From Candidatus Bathyarchaeia archaeon (GTDB lineage Archaea > Thermoproteota > Bathyarchaeia > Bathyarchaeales > Bathycorpusculaceae): a stretch of 64,000 bases of DNA. Shown piece by piece: positions 28,107-37,888 of this stretch. The notes beneath the pieces are model-generated. The model saw nothing but the letters and a program-made list of their open reading frames with translations. It did not search any database and was not told the origin of the DNA. Each line of letters opens with the position of its first letter. Position 1 is the first letter of the stretch. The translations under genes and the position numbers were made by a program. The stretch spans positions 24,184-88,183 of the forward strand of contig JBEKGO010000006.1 of the NCBI GenBank assembly GCA_050012755.1, written 5' to 3'.

Positions 28107-29030
28107 ATGAGTATTCGAGTGGTCTTTTTGGGTACAAGCGGCAGTGTTCCAACCCTAAAACGCAGCTTGCCCTCTGTCGTTGTCCAATGCCCAAAGGAGC
28201 TGTGGATGTTTGACTGTGGCGAAAACACTCAGCGGCAGATGATGCAGGGAAAAGTCGGCTTCCACAAAAAACTAACAGTCTTCCTCACTCATCTGCACGG
28301 CGACCACGTTTTGGGTTTACCGGGGGTTTTGCAAACGATGGCTTTGATGGACCGAAAAGAACCGGTCGCCGTTTATGGTCCGTCGGGGATTAAGGATTTT
28401 CTTGTCTGTACAAAAGAAACATTGAATTTTGGTTTAACGTTTCCAGTTGAAATTAACGAGATTTTGAGTGAAGGTACAGTACTCAATGAAGAGGAGTACA
28501 TGGTAACAGCCATTAGGTCCAATCACGCGGTCAACAGTTATGCTTACTCGTTAGTAGAGAAGCCGCGCCCCGGAAGGTTCTTCCCCGAAAAAGCCCAAGC
28601 ACTTGGAGTTCCCAGAGGTGAATTGTGGTCGCAGCTGCAGATGGGAAAAGAGGTTGAACTTGGCGGCGGCAAGGTGGTTAAACCAAGCGACGTCATGGGA
28701 CCGCTTAGGGCTGGAAGAAAAATCGTTTACACAGGAGACACTCGACCATTCAAGGAGTTTGCAAAGTTTGCTGCTGACGCAGATTTGGTTATTCATGAAA
28801 GCACATTTGACGATTCGCTTGCAGAGAAAGCAGAGTCGGATGGGCATTCAACGCCTAGCCAAGCAGCAGAAGAAGCTAAGGCAGCAGGGGCGAAACTATT
28901 GGTCTTGACTCATATTAGCGCAAGATACTCTGATGCCACTTTGCTTTTGGAACAAGCAAAAAAAGTCTTTGCGAACACATTGGCCGCTGAGGATTTTATG
29001 GAAGTCGAGTTGCCACTTAAAGAAAATTAG
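28107..29030 (+). CDS. rnz: Ribonuclease Z
   Basis: FLGTSG..P, DCGE, THLHGDH, flexible arm, GDT, HEST, HST and HISARY motifs. Confidence 0.96.
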   Translation: MSIRVVFLGTSGSVPTLKRSLPSVVVQCPKELWMFDCGENTQRQMMQGKVGFHKKLTVFLTHLHGDHVLGLPGVLQTMALMDRKEPVAVYGPSGIKDFLVCTKETLNFGLTFPVEINEILSEGTVLNEEEYMVTAIRSNHAVNSYAYSLVEKPRPGRFFPEKAQALGVPRGELWSQLQMGKEVELGGGKVVKPSDVMGPLRAGRKIVYTGDTRPFKEFAKFAADADLVIHESTFDDSLAEKAESDGHSTPSQAAEEAKAAGAKLLVLTHISARYSDATLLLEQAKKVFANTLAAEDFMEVELPLKEN

Positions 29031-29812
29031 GCGAGAAGCTGTTTTAGTTTTGTGATAGTTTGGGGCACGTTGGTTATTGATTCTATAATTACTGATTTGT
29101 CATAGCTTGTTTCGTTGAGCTTTTCTGCTACCCAGGTATAATCAATTTTCCCGTCGCCTATGCCGAAATGCTGATCATCTGAGCCGTCATTGTCACTTGC
29201 ATGAATGTGAATAATTTTGTCAGCTAGCAGGTTGAAAAACCCTTCAATATGACCTTCCAAATTGGCATGACCAAGATCCATTGCAATGCCTACAGGCAAA
29301 TTTGCTTCGCGGTAAAAACGAGCGAATTCCTCAGGTTTACTCATAAAAAAATAATATTTCGCTGGCAAATTCTCAAGCGCAATATTTACCCCATATTCTT
29401 CCGCTGACTTGTACAGCTCTTTGATGCTTTCGATGTTTTGTTTCCAGTCAGCACCAGGATAGAATTGGCTGATGCCAGTTTTTGCGCCAGGATGAAAAAC
29501 CCACACCTTCGCATCCAACTGATTTGCATAAGCCATGGATTGCTTAAGCCGTTTCATCGAAGCGTCAAGCATAATTTTTGATGGCGAAGCAATGTTGATG
29601 TCTGCGAAAGGTGCGTGCAACGAATATTGTATGCTAAAGGATTTGGCGGTTTCCGTTAGAACGGTAACTCGGTTTTTGTTGAGCTCATGAATACCATCAT
29701 CCAGAACTTCTATATAGCGAGTATTCATCGTGCCCAAACGTTTAACCATGCAGTTGAATGGTTCGCCCAGGCAATAGAGCATTGAAACACCGACTTTGGC
29801 TTTGGACATCAA
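29027..29812 (-). CDS. Sugar phosphate isomerase/epimerase (AP endonuclease 2/TIM-barrel) family protein
   Basis: HAPF.DINIAS, FHPG, LEN, DLGHA and HASDNDG..DQH motifs. Confidence 0.85.
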   Translation of the reverse strand: MMSKAKVGVSMLYCLGEPFNCMVKRLGTMNTRYIEVLDDGIHELNKNRVTVLTETAKSFSIQYSLHAPFADINIASPSKIMLDASMKRLKQSMAYANQLDAKVWVFHPGAKTGISQFYPGADWKQNIESIKELYKSAEEYGVNIALENLPAKYYFFMSKPEEFARFYREANLPVGIAMDLGHANLEGHIEGFFNLLADKIIHIHASDNDGSDDQHFGIGDGKIDYTWVAEKLNETSYDKSVIIESITNVPQTITKLKQLLA

Positions 29813-29931
29813 CAGTACCTCTCTTGTAACTTGATGTTTTGATGGTTATGAGCTTAGAACTCACTTAATAATCTAATTGGCAAATTTGCAAAATTCAAGT
29901 TTTAAAATCTTAGCTAAGATTTTCAGTTTCT

Positions 29932-30453
29932 TTATTTGGGAAATAGCTGTCTGCCCCATTGCTGCTGAGGTCTAAATGTCTCTGGTCTAGTTGTTTTGTA
30001 TTGTACCTGCCTGAGTCCAAGTGATAGTTCAGCGAATTCTTTTACGGTTTTGTATTGGAAATCCCATGTTGGGGTACCAATTCGCAAGCCACTACACATA
30101 GTATCACCATAAACGAACAGTCGCACGTTGCCATAATCGTAGGCTGCCTGATTTGCGTCTCCATATTTAGGTTCTGAAAGCACTTTAAAGGGCCAGATTT
30201 TGCATGCTTCAGGCTTTGCGTTTTGCAGTGCACAATGATAGTTGTTTGTATCGTTCCACAAGAAAGCGCAGGAGCCGTCGTTAGTGCGTTTAATGTAGAA
30301 ACGGTCTAAGCCTGCTACAGTCGTTTCCACGCCAAAAGCTTTGGCGATTCTTAACCATTCTGGGAAGCCTAAGACTACGCTGTAGAGTTTGCAGCAGTAT
30401 CCGCATGCTTTGCAATGCCAATCCGCTATGTTTTGCCATGGAACAAACTGCAT
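29932..30453 (-). CDS. YkgJ family CxxCxxCC cysteine-cluster protein
   Basis: CKACGYCC, CAFL, C, KPEACKIWPF and CSG. Confidence 0.9.
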   Translation of the reverse strand: MQFVPWQNIADWHCKACGYCCKLYSVVLGFPEWLRIAKAFGVETTVAGLDRFYIKRTNDGSCAFLWNDTNNYHCALQNAKPEACKIWPFKVLSEPKYGDANQAAYDYGNVRLFVYGDTMCSGLRIGTPTWDFQYKTVKEFAELSLGLRQVQYKTTRPETFRPQQQWGRQLFPK

Positions 30454-30492
30454 GTTTGCTTAACACTCATGCCTTGTCAAGAATAGAAGGGA

Positions 30493-30645
30493 CTAAAAAA
30501 TTTTTTCTAAGAAATTCTCATAAGCCACTGTAGAAGAAGTAGGACGCGGTGCTGCCGCGAGTTGTCCTTCTTCTTCCAGAGAAGAACAACAACCCGGTGC
30601 TAACAGCGACTGTTGCTGTTCTTCTACCACAAATTGACTCGACAC
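30493..30645 (-). CDS. Putative ~50-aa acidic peptide
   Basis: GTG-start ORF filling the gap between the methyltransferase and YkgJ genes: MSSQFVVEEQQQSLLAPGCCSSLEEEGQLAAAPRPTSSTVAYENFLEKIF. Confidence 0.45.
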   Translation of the reverse strand: MSSQFVVEEQQQSLLAPGCCSSLEEEGQLAAAPRPTSSTVAYENFLEKIF

Positions 30646-30661
30646 AAAGCGATTCAAAAAA

Positions 30662-31138
30662 CTATGGTTTTCGATAGAGGTAGATTGTGTGGGAAGGATA
30701 ACCGAGCTGTGGGTTTTCACAAAAATTCTCAACTTTCTCGGGGCGCCAACCGATAATTTCATAGTCATGGGAGACGACGCGTGCGCCTCTTTTTAGGTCG
30801 CTGTCAAGTTTTGGCCTGATTTTTTCGTTTGCACTGGTTGTCAAGTAGAGGTAGACTACATCTGCTGAAGTTAAATTCACGTTAAACATGTCACCATTCA
30901 CGATGGTCACTCTATCTTCCAGATTGTTCTCGTGAATGTTAGCCAACGCTTTTTTCGCTAAATCTTCACGCAACTCGATGCCCACGCCTCTTGCGCCAAA
31001 GGTCTTTGCAGCCATAATTACCGTTCTGCCATCTCCAGAACCCATGTCGAACAGGACTTCTCCAGCTTTCAACCCACTAAGTTTTAACATGTACTCTACA
31101 ACTGTGTTTGGACTTGGAACGAAAGGAGCAATAAACAT
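30662..31138 (-). CDS. Class I SAM-dependent protein-lysine methyltransferase, aKMT/FAM173-like
   Basis: PFVPSP..VV..ML, DMGSGDGR, ADVVYLYL...NEKIRPKL...L..GARVVSH and HTIYLY match the Sulfolobus aKMT layout. Confidence 0.85.
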   Translation of the reverse strand: MFIAPFVPSPNTVVEYMLKLSGLKAGEVLFDMGSGDGRTVIMAAKTFGARGVGIELREDLAKKALANIHENNLEDRVTIVNGDMFNVNLTSADVVYLYLTTSANEKIRPKLDSDLKRGARVVSHDYEIIGWRPEKVENFCENPQLGYPSHTIYLYRKP

Positions 31139-31171
31139 CTAATAATTTACCTCATCATTGATAATCATGCT

Positions 31172-31498
31172 TTATGCCACGTAAGCGTCTTTTTTCGGAA
31201 TCGGTCTTCTTGCTTCGCCGCATTTTACGCAGCTTTGAGCGCATAATTCAAGGTATTTTTCTTCGTTTGCGGAGCTAACTGCTTTGGCTGCTTTGGTGCA
31301 TATTTCGCTGGGTTCGGTGCATCCTTCATCTTTGCATAGATTCGAGATGTATTGGCAGATTTCTTGAACGTCTTTAGGTTCCAAAACGGCTCTGTTGGTG
31401 CGTACAATCAGGCAGAGTTCCCGCGCCATAACGCATGTTTTGACGTATTTCACTCGTTCAAGGACTTCGTCGCGTAGATTTTTTCGGCTTATTTCCAC
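31172..31498 (-). CDS. Cys-rich helical hypothetical protein
   Basis: 108 aa with nine Cys, including C-x3-C-x2-C; GGAG RBS. Confidence 0.75.
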   Translation of the reverse strand: MEISRKNLRDEVLERVKYVKTCVMARELCLIVRTNRAVLEPKDVQEICQYISNLCKDEGCTEPSEICTKAAKAVSSANEEKYLELCAQSCVKCGEARRPIPKKDAYVA

Positions 31499-31621
31499 TT
31501 CTTTTTAAGTCTCCTACGGGCATCCATAAGCGGATAAGCAAAGTAAGAGGTTCTAGGTTTAAAAAGTTGCTGTTACCATTACAAAATAACCATTTTTTAA
31601 AAGAGAGCTACAGACTCATCC

Positions 31622-34495
31622 TCAGAAACGTCTGTTTAAAGACTTACGTTCAGCTTCCATAACTAATTCGTAAAATCGGTCTGAAAGTTTGGGCTCCTTC
31701 TCCAGAACACCAGCAATATCTGCAGTTTGGACTCTGCGAGCGCTCAAAGCCATTGCAGCTGCTTTCCCATACTTTTCAATTAACTCAGCAGTACGTTTAG
31801 CCTGCAACTGCATCTTTTCTTCATCCTTAGCCAAATGCTCTCCCTTCTTCTCAATCAACGGCATAGTCTTCTCCTCATCTACCTTCAACAAGCCAATTGC
31901 AAAAGACCCGCATCTGGGACATTTTGGTCTATCGGGCAAATCTTTTATGCGGATTATTTCCATGTAATCCCAACAGTTTGTGCAAACAAAATTGTCTGAT
32001 TCATTTAGCAATCGTGCTTTAGCTGCTGCAACAAGTACAGCGCGCATTTTCTCAGGAGGAATCAGGTCGGTTTTCATGCTGACTCGCTCAATTCCCACTC
32101 GAGCAATAGGAGTCGCGTCTCCGCCAGTTTCAACCACTTGGAAACCTATGTCGCCGTTACGAATCCGTTTGAGCACCATGATTAACCCGTCTGCATCAAG
32201 GTCTCTGGTGAAAACCTCTTTCAAGCCCTCCTCATAAATGGGGGTACCTTCAAAACTTGAAATAAGCTTCTGTATGCTTACATTGCTGAAGTCAGCCCAC
32301 TTCTTTAATGCACCAAAACGTCTCGCTACCTGTATTACGCGGCGTTTGAATAATCCAGTCTTCACAGTTGACCTAGTCAACGTGCCCCTAGCTGTTTCTG
32401 TGCTAATGTCTTTTAATTCGTTAAGAACTTCAACTACGCGTTCAGCGTTCATGCTGCCCATCGTCTGCAAGAAGATGCGGTAAGGATCATGTTGAACCAC
32501 CATACCATGCCCAAGCTTGTCAGACAAAACTTCTCCGAGAAACTGAGCTAGAGCACGGTTGATTAGTGAACCAAAATTAGAGTGAATAATAACGAATTCG
32601 CCCCAATCCTCAACGATGATGCGTTTAGGTGTGGGAACTGCATAGCCTGCGTTTACTTGCTCAACTGTTTCGGCTATTGCATGTAGAATTGTTTTGGCGT
32701 CGGCGGAATAGCGATGAGAAAGCAGAGCACTAACTTCTTCCGGCGATATGCCGCTACGCATTTTTTCTTCAACAAATCCGCGTATCTCCGCCAATTCCTG
32801 CGCTATGTCGTATGGTACTGGAATTTCCTCTCCTATCCAACTGGGAATTGAACCTGTTGGGTCGTCAACTGGGCGCACGTACACTTTGTCTTCGGTGGCA
32901 TGGATTATTTGCCATGGGCTGCCTCGTATGATGAATTTTGTTCCCGGTTTGCCGTACTCTGCCATAAATGCTTCATCTAAGACGCCGATTGAAGTGTCAG
33001 TTGACTCGTCTATGACTAGGAACTGTTTTTCCACAGGAATCATTGATAAATTATCGAAATAATATTCAAAAAGGGCTTTTGATCGCTGAGGCTTCAGAGC
33101 TACTTGGTCTTCAAAAGAAACCCATGCTAAGCGTGGAAAACGTTCATGCATATATTTGAAAGCTTTTTCAATGTCGTCTATTGTCAAGTTTTCGTATGGC
33201 GCGGCTTTTCGGGCTATCTCTAAAACATCAGTAAATTCAAGCCGTCTGTTCTTCAGCATTAACCCAGCGATTTGATGGACTAAGACATCGTATGGTTTGT
33301 CTGGAATTCTAAGGGGTTCCAACTCTTCATTGAGGGCTCTGCGGGCGATAACCAAGGCTTCAAGCGTATCATCAGAATCCATCCCGATTATTACTCCTTC
33401 AGCAACGTCGCCGTAGGTGTGACCCGCCCGCCCCACGCGTTGAATCAACCTAGTTACCTGCCTTGGACTCATATATTGAATAACAAGATCTATTCTTCCA
33501 ACATCTATTCCCAATTCAAGGCTGCTGGTAGCGATTAAACCCTTCAGGTCTCCACGTTTTAATCCTGTTTCCGCAGCTATCCTTGAAACCTTAGCCAGCG
33601 AACCATGATGAATCGAAATTGGAAAATCAATATCCCACACCTTAAACCTGGAAGTTAGAACTTCCGAGATGGAACGAGTGTTTGTAAAAAGCAGAACGGA
33701 TTTTCGCTTATCCATATAATCGCGAATAATACGTAGTCTAGCCGCAACTTCTGGATGCGTGTAAATTTTCGCCGCAAACCTAACATCATCATCAGTCGGC
33801 TTAGGATAAATTACTTGAAGCTTCACCATTTTAGCAACTGGAACACGGATAATTTCGACTGGACGGTTGTTGCCGACTAGGAACTGGGCAACTTTTTCCG
33901 GGCTGCCAATTGTGGCTGATAGACCGATCATTTGGAAATCTTTGCCGCTTAAGCTTCTGATACGCTCCAACGCCAAAGAAAGCTGGCTTCCGCGTTTGCT
34001 ATCAGCCAACTCGTGGACTTCATCAATAACTATCCAACGCAAACTTTGCAGATGCTGACGCAAAACCCAGCCCGAAAGTATGGCTTGCAGGGTTTCTGGC
34101 GTAGTTATCAAAATATCAGGCGGGCTGCGTGATTGACGTGTTCTTTCTTTGGTTTCAGTATCACCATGCCTTACAGCAAGTTTTATGTCTAAGCTGTTGC
34201 ACCACCATTGAAGCCGATCTAGCAAATCCCTATTCAAAGCTCGTAACGGTGTAATGTAGAGGACTTTGATGCCCGGCGTTTTTGGTTCTTTAAGAAGCAT
34301 GCTCAATACTGGTAGGAATGCAGCTTCTGTTTTGCCCGTTGCGGTTGGTGAAATTAAGAGGACGTTTTTGCCGTCGAGGATTTTTGGGATTGTCTTTTCT
34401 TGAGGCTCGGTTGGTTTGGAAAATCCTTTCTGCTCAACGAGCCGTCTAACCGGTTTGACAAGCATGTCAAAAGCGTTTTCAGAAGTTGCTTGCAC
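31622..34495 (-). CDS. lhr: Lhr-family SF2 helicase with C-terminal Zn finger
   Basis: TGKT, PLRALNRD, TTPE, DEVH, SAT, HHGSL, SLELGID and QRVGRAGH motifs; CTNC...CPRC. Confidence 0.92.
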   Translation of the reverse strand: MQATSENAFDMLVKPVRRLVEQKGFSKPTEPQEKTIPKILDGKNVLLISPTATGKTEAAFLPVLSMLLKEPKTPGIKVLYITPLRALNRDLLDRLQWWCNSLDIKLAVRHGDTETKERTRQSRSPPDILITTPETLQAILSGWVLRQHLQSLRWIVIDEVHELADSKRGSQLSLALERIRSLSGKDFQMIGLSATIGSPEKVAQFLVGNNRPVEIIRVPVAKMVKLQVIYPKPTDDDVRFAAKIYTHPEVAARLRIIRDYMDKRKSVLLFTNTRSISEVLTSRFKVWDIDFPISIHHGSLAKVSRIAAETGLKRGDLKGLIATSSLELGIDVGRIDLVIQYMSPRQVTRLIQRVGRAGHTYGDVAEGVIIGMDSDDTLEALVIARRALNEELEPLRIPDKPYDVLVHQIAGLMLKNRRLEFTDVLEIARKAAPYENLTIDDIEKAFKYMHERFPRLAWVSFEDQVALKPQRSKALFEYYFDNLSMIPVEKQFLVIDESTDTSIGVLDEAFMAEYGKPGTKFIIRGSPWQIIHATEDKVYVRPVDDPTGSIPSWIGEEIPVPYDIAQELAEIRGFVEEKMRSGISPEEVSALLSHRYSADAKTILHAIAETVEQVNAGYAVPTPKRIIVEDWGEFVIIHSNFGSLINRALAQFLGEVLSDKLGHGMVVQHDPYRIFLQTMGSMNAERVVEVLNELKDISTETARGTLTRSTVKTGLFKRRVIQVARRFGALKKWADFSNVSIQKLISSFEGTPIYEEGLKEVFTRDLDADGLIMVLKRIRNGDIGFQVVETGGDATPIARVGIERVSMKTDLIPPEKMRAVLVAAAKARLLNESDNFVCTNCWDYMEIIRIKDLPDRPKCPRCGSFAIGLLKVDEEKTMPLIEKKGEHLAKDEEKMQLQAKRTAELIEKYGKAAAMALSARRVQTADIAGVLEKEPKLSDRFYELVMEAERKSLNRRF

Positions 34496-34809
34496 TATAA
34501 GGTAAACCCTCGAATAGGTTAAGCAGAGGTTCTGATATAAAAAATGTTATGGGAGATTTAATAGAAATTCAGGGTTCTTTATCGTGTCTCAATTTCATGA
34601 TCAACGGCTTGCTTAATTGTTGCTGTTTTGGCTAATATTCAAGCGCTAGCTTCAACGCTTTCAACCATTTCGTTTAAATGCTTACAACTACTTTGACAAA
34701 AATTTGTATAAATATGATGTTGAAACAAAAAATATCGATTTGAAAGCTATGGAAAGTTTTTTATTCTATAATGATAAAGCATGGAATTAGCAATACGGAG
34801 GAAATTTGA

Positions 34810-34980
34810 ATGGCTAAATGTCCAAAATGCGGAACTGAAGTTGCAAAAACAAAAAAGACGTGGAAAATGGCCGGTCGTCCAGATAAAGCTGGAAAACGTA
34901 TGCAGCTAGAAATCGGATTGTACGAATGCCCAAAATGCGGTCATGTATTCCGCGAAGTACTAAGTAAAAAGAAAATTTAA
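34810..34980 (+). CDS. Cren7-like chromatin protein with two CxxC motifs (56 aa, absent from ORF track)
   Basis: Hand translation MAKCPKCGTEVAKTKKTWKMAGRPDKAGKRMQLEIGLYECPKCGHVFREVLSKKKI; GGAGG RBS at 34797; the KxW..A, IGLY and FR pattern of Cren7; T-rich terminator downstream. Confidence 0.85.
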   Translation: MAKCPKCGTEVAKTKKTWKMAGRPDKAGKRMQLEIGLYECPKCGHVFREVLSKKKI

Positions 34981-35107
34981 TTAGTTGCAACCAGAAATTA
35001 ACTGATTGCAGCATCGTCCCTCTTTTATTTTTTCTTTATTTCTTAAGCAAGTTTTAAAACATAGTAAGCCTTTATGAAGTGGAATACTTCGTTGCAGAGG
35101 CAAAAGC

Positions 35108-35821
35108 TTGATAGCTATAAGAAAGTTGTGGAAGAACGATTATTTCAAAACCATAGTCGCAATTGTTTTGATTATCGGGATAGTTCTCGTCTTTTTCTTT
35201 GGCTTGCAACTAGGGCTTAAGACGTCTTTTCCATTGTTGACAGTGGAAAGCGGCAGCATGAGTATTCCTTATGATTCTATGGAAATGCCTAATTGGCAGG
35301 GCTTCTTGTTAAGCATAAATCACCCGTTTGATCGAACCCTAAGTGTAGGCGATATCATAATTATCCAAGGCGTAAACACGAAAGACCTAAACACCAACTA
35401 CCCAAACAGCGACATAATCGTATTCCACAGTCCAATAACTGGCGAATTAATCGTTCACCGCATAATTTCCTCAGAAACGGTCAACGGTACAACATATTAC
35501 CAGACCAAGGGTGACGGAAACGGAAACCCGTGGCCTCAACCTCCAGTGATAGGTCAGGGAACTGACCCGTGGGACTACAACAACCCACCTGGAGTCCCGC
35601 AAAACCTAGTGATCGGCAAAGTGATTATGCGAATTCCATGGTTCGGATGGATAACACTTTTCATGAGAAGTAATTCTTTGGGTTTACCAATAATAATTGG
35701 CATCATACTGTTGCTTGTGATTCTTGAATTTGTGATTCCTATGATAAGAGGCAACAACAAAAAAAGTAAAGAACAGAACAACATGCAGCCGCCGCCACCC
35801 ATGGTACAGATGTCTTTATAA
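35108..35821 (+). CDS. Signal peptidase I (archaeal Sec11-type)
   Basis: VESGSM (Ser), GD, IVHR (His) and TKGD motifs with flanking TM helices. Confidence 0.9.
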   Translation: MIAIRKLWKNDYFKTIVAIVLIIGIVLVFFFGLQLGLKTSFPLLTVESGSMSIPYDSMEMPNWQGFLLSINHPFDRTLSVGDIIIIQGVNTKDLNTNYPNSDIIVFHSPITGELIVHRIISSETVNGTTYYQTKGDGNGNPWPQPPVIGQGTDPWDYNNPPGVPQNLVIGKVIMRIPWFGWITLFMRSNSLGLPIIIGIILLLVILEFVIPMIRGNNKKSKEQNNMQPPPPMVQMSL

Positions 35822-35876
35822 AGAAAGCCTTTGATAAATTGATATTTAAGGGCCGGTTTAAGAAGGGGAAAATTGA

Positions 35877-36437
35877 TTGCCAAAAGTTAAAGCGATAATA
35901 AGCATCGAGAATGTGGTCGCTTCCGCCACACTCAACCAGAAAGTTGACTTAAACGCTGTGGTTAAAGGGTACCCAGCTGTAGAATATCGCCCTGAGCAAT
36001 TTCCCGGCTTGGTTTTCAGGTTAAAACGCCCCAAAACAGCAACTTTGATTTTTAATTCAGGAAAAATGGTTTGCACCGGCGCTAAATCAGAAAAGGAAGC
36101 TCGCCGAGCAGTCATGAAGGTTGTAAAGGAACTTAAAAAAGGCGGAATAATAATCATCAGCAAACCCGAACTTAAAATTCAAAATATTGTTGCTTCAGGC
36201 GGGCTTGGAGGCATGATTGATTTGGAAAAAGCCGCTTACACGCTTGAACATGCCATGTATGAGCCTGAACAGTTCCCGGGCTTGATTTACAGAATGGCGG
36301 AGCCAAAAGTTGTGGTTTTGCTTTTTGCGAGCGGAAAACTTGTTTGTACTGGAGCCAAACAAGAACAAGATGTTTACGTCGCTGTTGAAAAATTGCATAC
36401 GCTCCTAGAAGAGACCAGCCTAATATTTTACGAATAA
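35877..36437 (+). CDS. tbp: TATA-box-binding protein
   Basis: Two repeats of NVVAS/NIVAS...Y.PEQFPGL..R...LIF.SGK.VCTGAK. Confidence 0.98.
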   Translation: MPKVKAIISIENVVASATLNQKVDLNAVVKGYPAVEYRPEQFPGLVFRLKRPKTATLIFNSGKMVCTGAKSEKEARRAVMKVVKELKKGGIIIISKPELKIQNIVASGGLGGMIDLEKAAYTLEHAMYEPEQFPGLIYRMAEPKVVVLLFASGKLVCTGAKQEQDVYVAVEKLHTLLEETSLIFYE

Positions 36438-36445
36438 ATTTTGTT

Positions 36446-37132
36446 TTAGTTCTTTTTTATTTGTTTCAAGATTGTTTTAAGGCTTTCTTTATCTATGGAG
36501 CCAATTTCGTAAAGTGCGTTAGCTATTTCGCTTATTTTTAGGAGTGAATGAAGTGTTACTCCGCTTTTTTCAAGTCGTTGTTTTCCTCTTTCTTCACGGT
36601 CAAGAAAAACAATTGCGTCTGTTATTACCCCGCCTTCGGCTCTCACGGCTTCCACAGTTTTTTTAAGGGAAAGCCCAGTGGTAATTAGATCATCAATTAA
36701 GAGGACTCTATCGCCCGATGCTAAAACTCCTTCCACCCTTCTTTCTCTTCCATGCAGGCGAACACCTTTCCGCACGAAAAGGAACGGTTTTCTAAGGTTA
36801 TATGCAGTTTGGGATGCAAAAATGATTCCTGTCACGGGTACTCCGGCTATCCTATCGAAATTTTTTAGTCCAACTGACTTGGTTATATATTCTGCGTAGA
36901 AATCGCAGATTTCTCTGAAAGCATCTGGAAAACTCGGTATCACTCTTAGGTCAATATAATAGGGGCTGGCTTTTCCGCTTGATAGTTTGAAAACACCAAA
37001 TTTTATTGCGTCAAGTTTGAGAAGTATGTTTGCCATTTGATCCTTTTTTTCTTGGCTCGCTGTTCCTTTTTTCACTTTTTTCACTTCCTTTTTGATAATT
37101 GATAAATCTTGTTGTGCTGTGGAATCAAGCAT
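36446..37132 (-). CDS. pyrE: Orotate phosphoribosyltransferase (true start probably somewhat downstream of 37132)
   Basis: FKLSSGKASPYYIDLR, RK and IDDLITTG motifs. Confidence 0.92.
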   Translation of the reverse strand: MLDSTAQQDLSIIKKEVKKVKKGTASQEKKDQMANILLKLDAIKFGVFKLSSGKASPYYIDLRVIPSFPDAFREICDFYAEYITKSVGLKNFDRIAGVPVTGIIFASQTAYNLRKPFLFVRKGVRLHGRERRVEGVLASGDRVLLIDDLITTGLSLKKTVEAVRAEGGVITDAIVFLDREERGKQRLEKSGVTLHSLLKISEIANALYEIGSIDKESLKTILKQIKKN

Positions 37133-37770
37133 GCGGTTCTAGGCAATTCCTTCTTCAATATTTCAGCAAACTCTGTTTGGCTTGCCGTTGATGCTGTATG
37201 GTATGGAACAGCGACTTGAGGTTTAGTTAATCGTGCTATTTCATAGCCTGTTTGAGGTGTTAACCCTGAAGCTATTCCAACTCCGCAGAAAACCACGTCA
37301 AATTTTTCTTTTTGTCCCATAGCTGCAAGCTCTGGAAAAGGCAAACTGTCTGCGGTGTGGTAAACTTTGAGTTCGTCCTCGCTGGTTATAATGTATGTTA
37401 CTGGCGCCTGTGCAGAATGGTTGCATTTCTCTGCTTTTACGGAGACCTCGCCAATTTTTACTTCAGCACCCGGTTTGACTTCCTTAAGCTTCTCGGGTGT
37501 TATAGCATGCTGCAATTTTCTGGTTGAAGCTGCATCAGCAATAATCAAACAGTTTGTTGCTTTTTGAACCTCAATAATTAATCTTGGATCTAAATGGTCG
37601 TAGTGTTCATGGGTTATTAAAATTGCATCAATGTCTTGGAGGCTTTTAGGTTTGACGTCAACTGGATCTATGACAAGGGTTTTAGTAGGGGTTTTCAGCA
37701 ATATTCCAGCGTATTGGTTTAACCAAACAAAGAAGACAGTGTTTTTTTCGGGGATTTTCTGGATCGACAT
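37081..37770 (-). CDS. Metallo-beta-lactamase fold hydrolase
   Basis: IDP, THEHYDH, H, YHTADS and PYH motifs. Confidence 0.88.
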   Translation of the reverse strand: MSIQKIPEKNTVFFVWLNQYAGILLKTPTKTLVIDPVDVKPKSLQDIDAILITHEHYDHLDPRLIIEVQKATNCLIIADAASTRKLQHAITPEKLKEVKPGAEVKIGEVSVKAEKCNHSAQAPVTYIITSEDELKVYHTADSLPFPELAAMGQKEKFDVVFCGVGIASGLTPQTGYEIARLTKPQVAVPYHTASTASQTEFAEILKKELPRTACLIPQHNKIYQLSKRK

Positions 37771-37888
37771 AAACTTGATTCCTCAGACTAATTATGCATT
37801 CAGCGTTTTAAAGAAGTTGTGTTATTCTGTTTGCGATAGAGGCTGTTGCTCAGAAAAAACTTTCCAAACTATGGATTTCCAACGATGC

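Noticed and set aside
34814-35014. 66-aa minus-strand ORF
   Set aside because: Antisense shadow of the Cren7-like gene.
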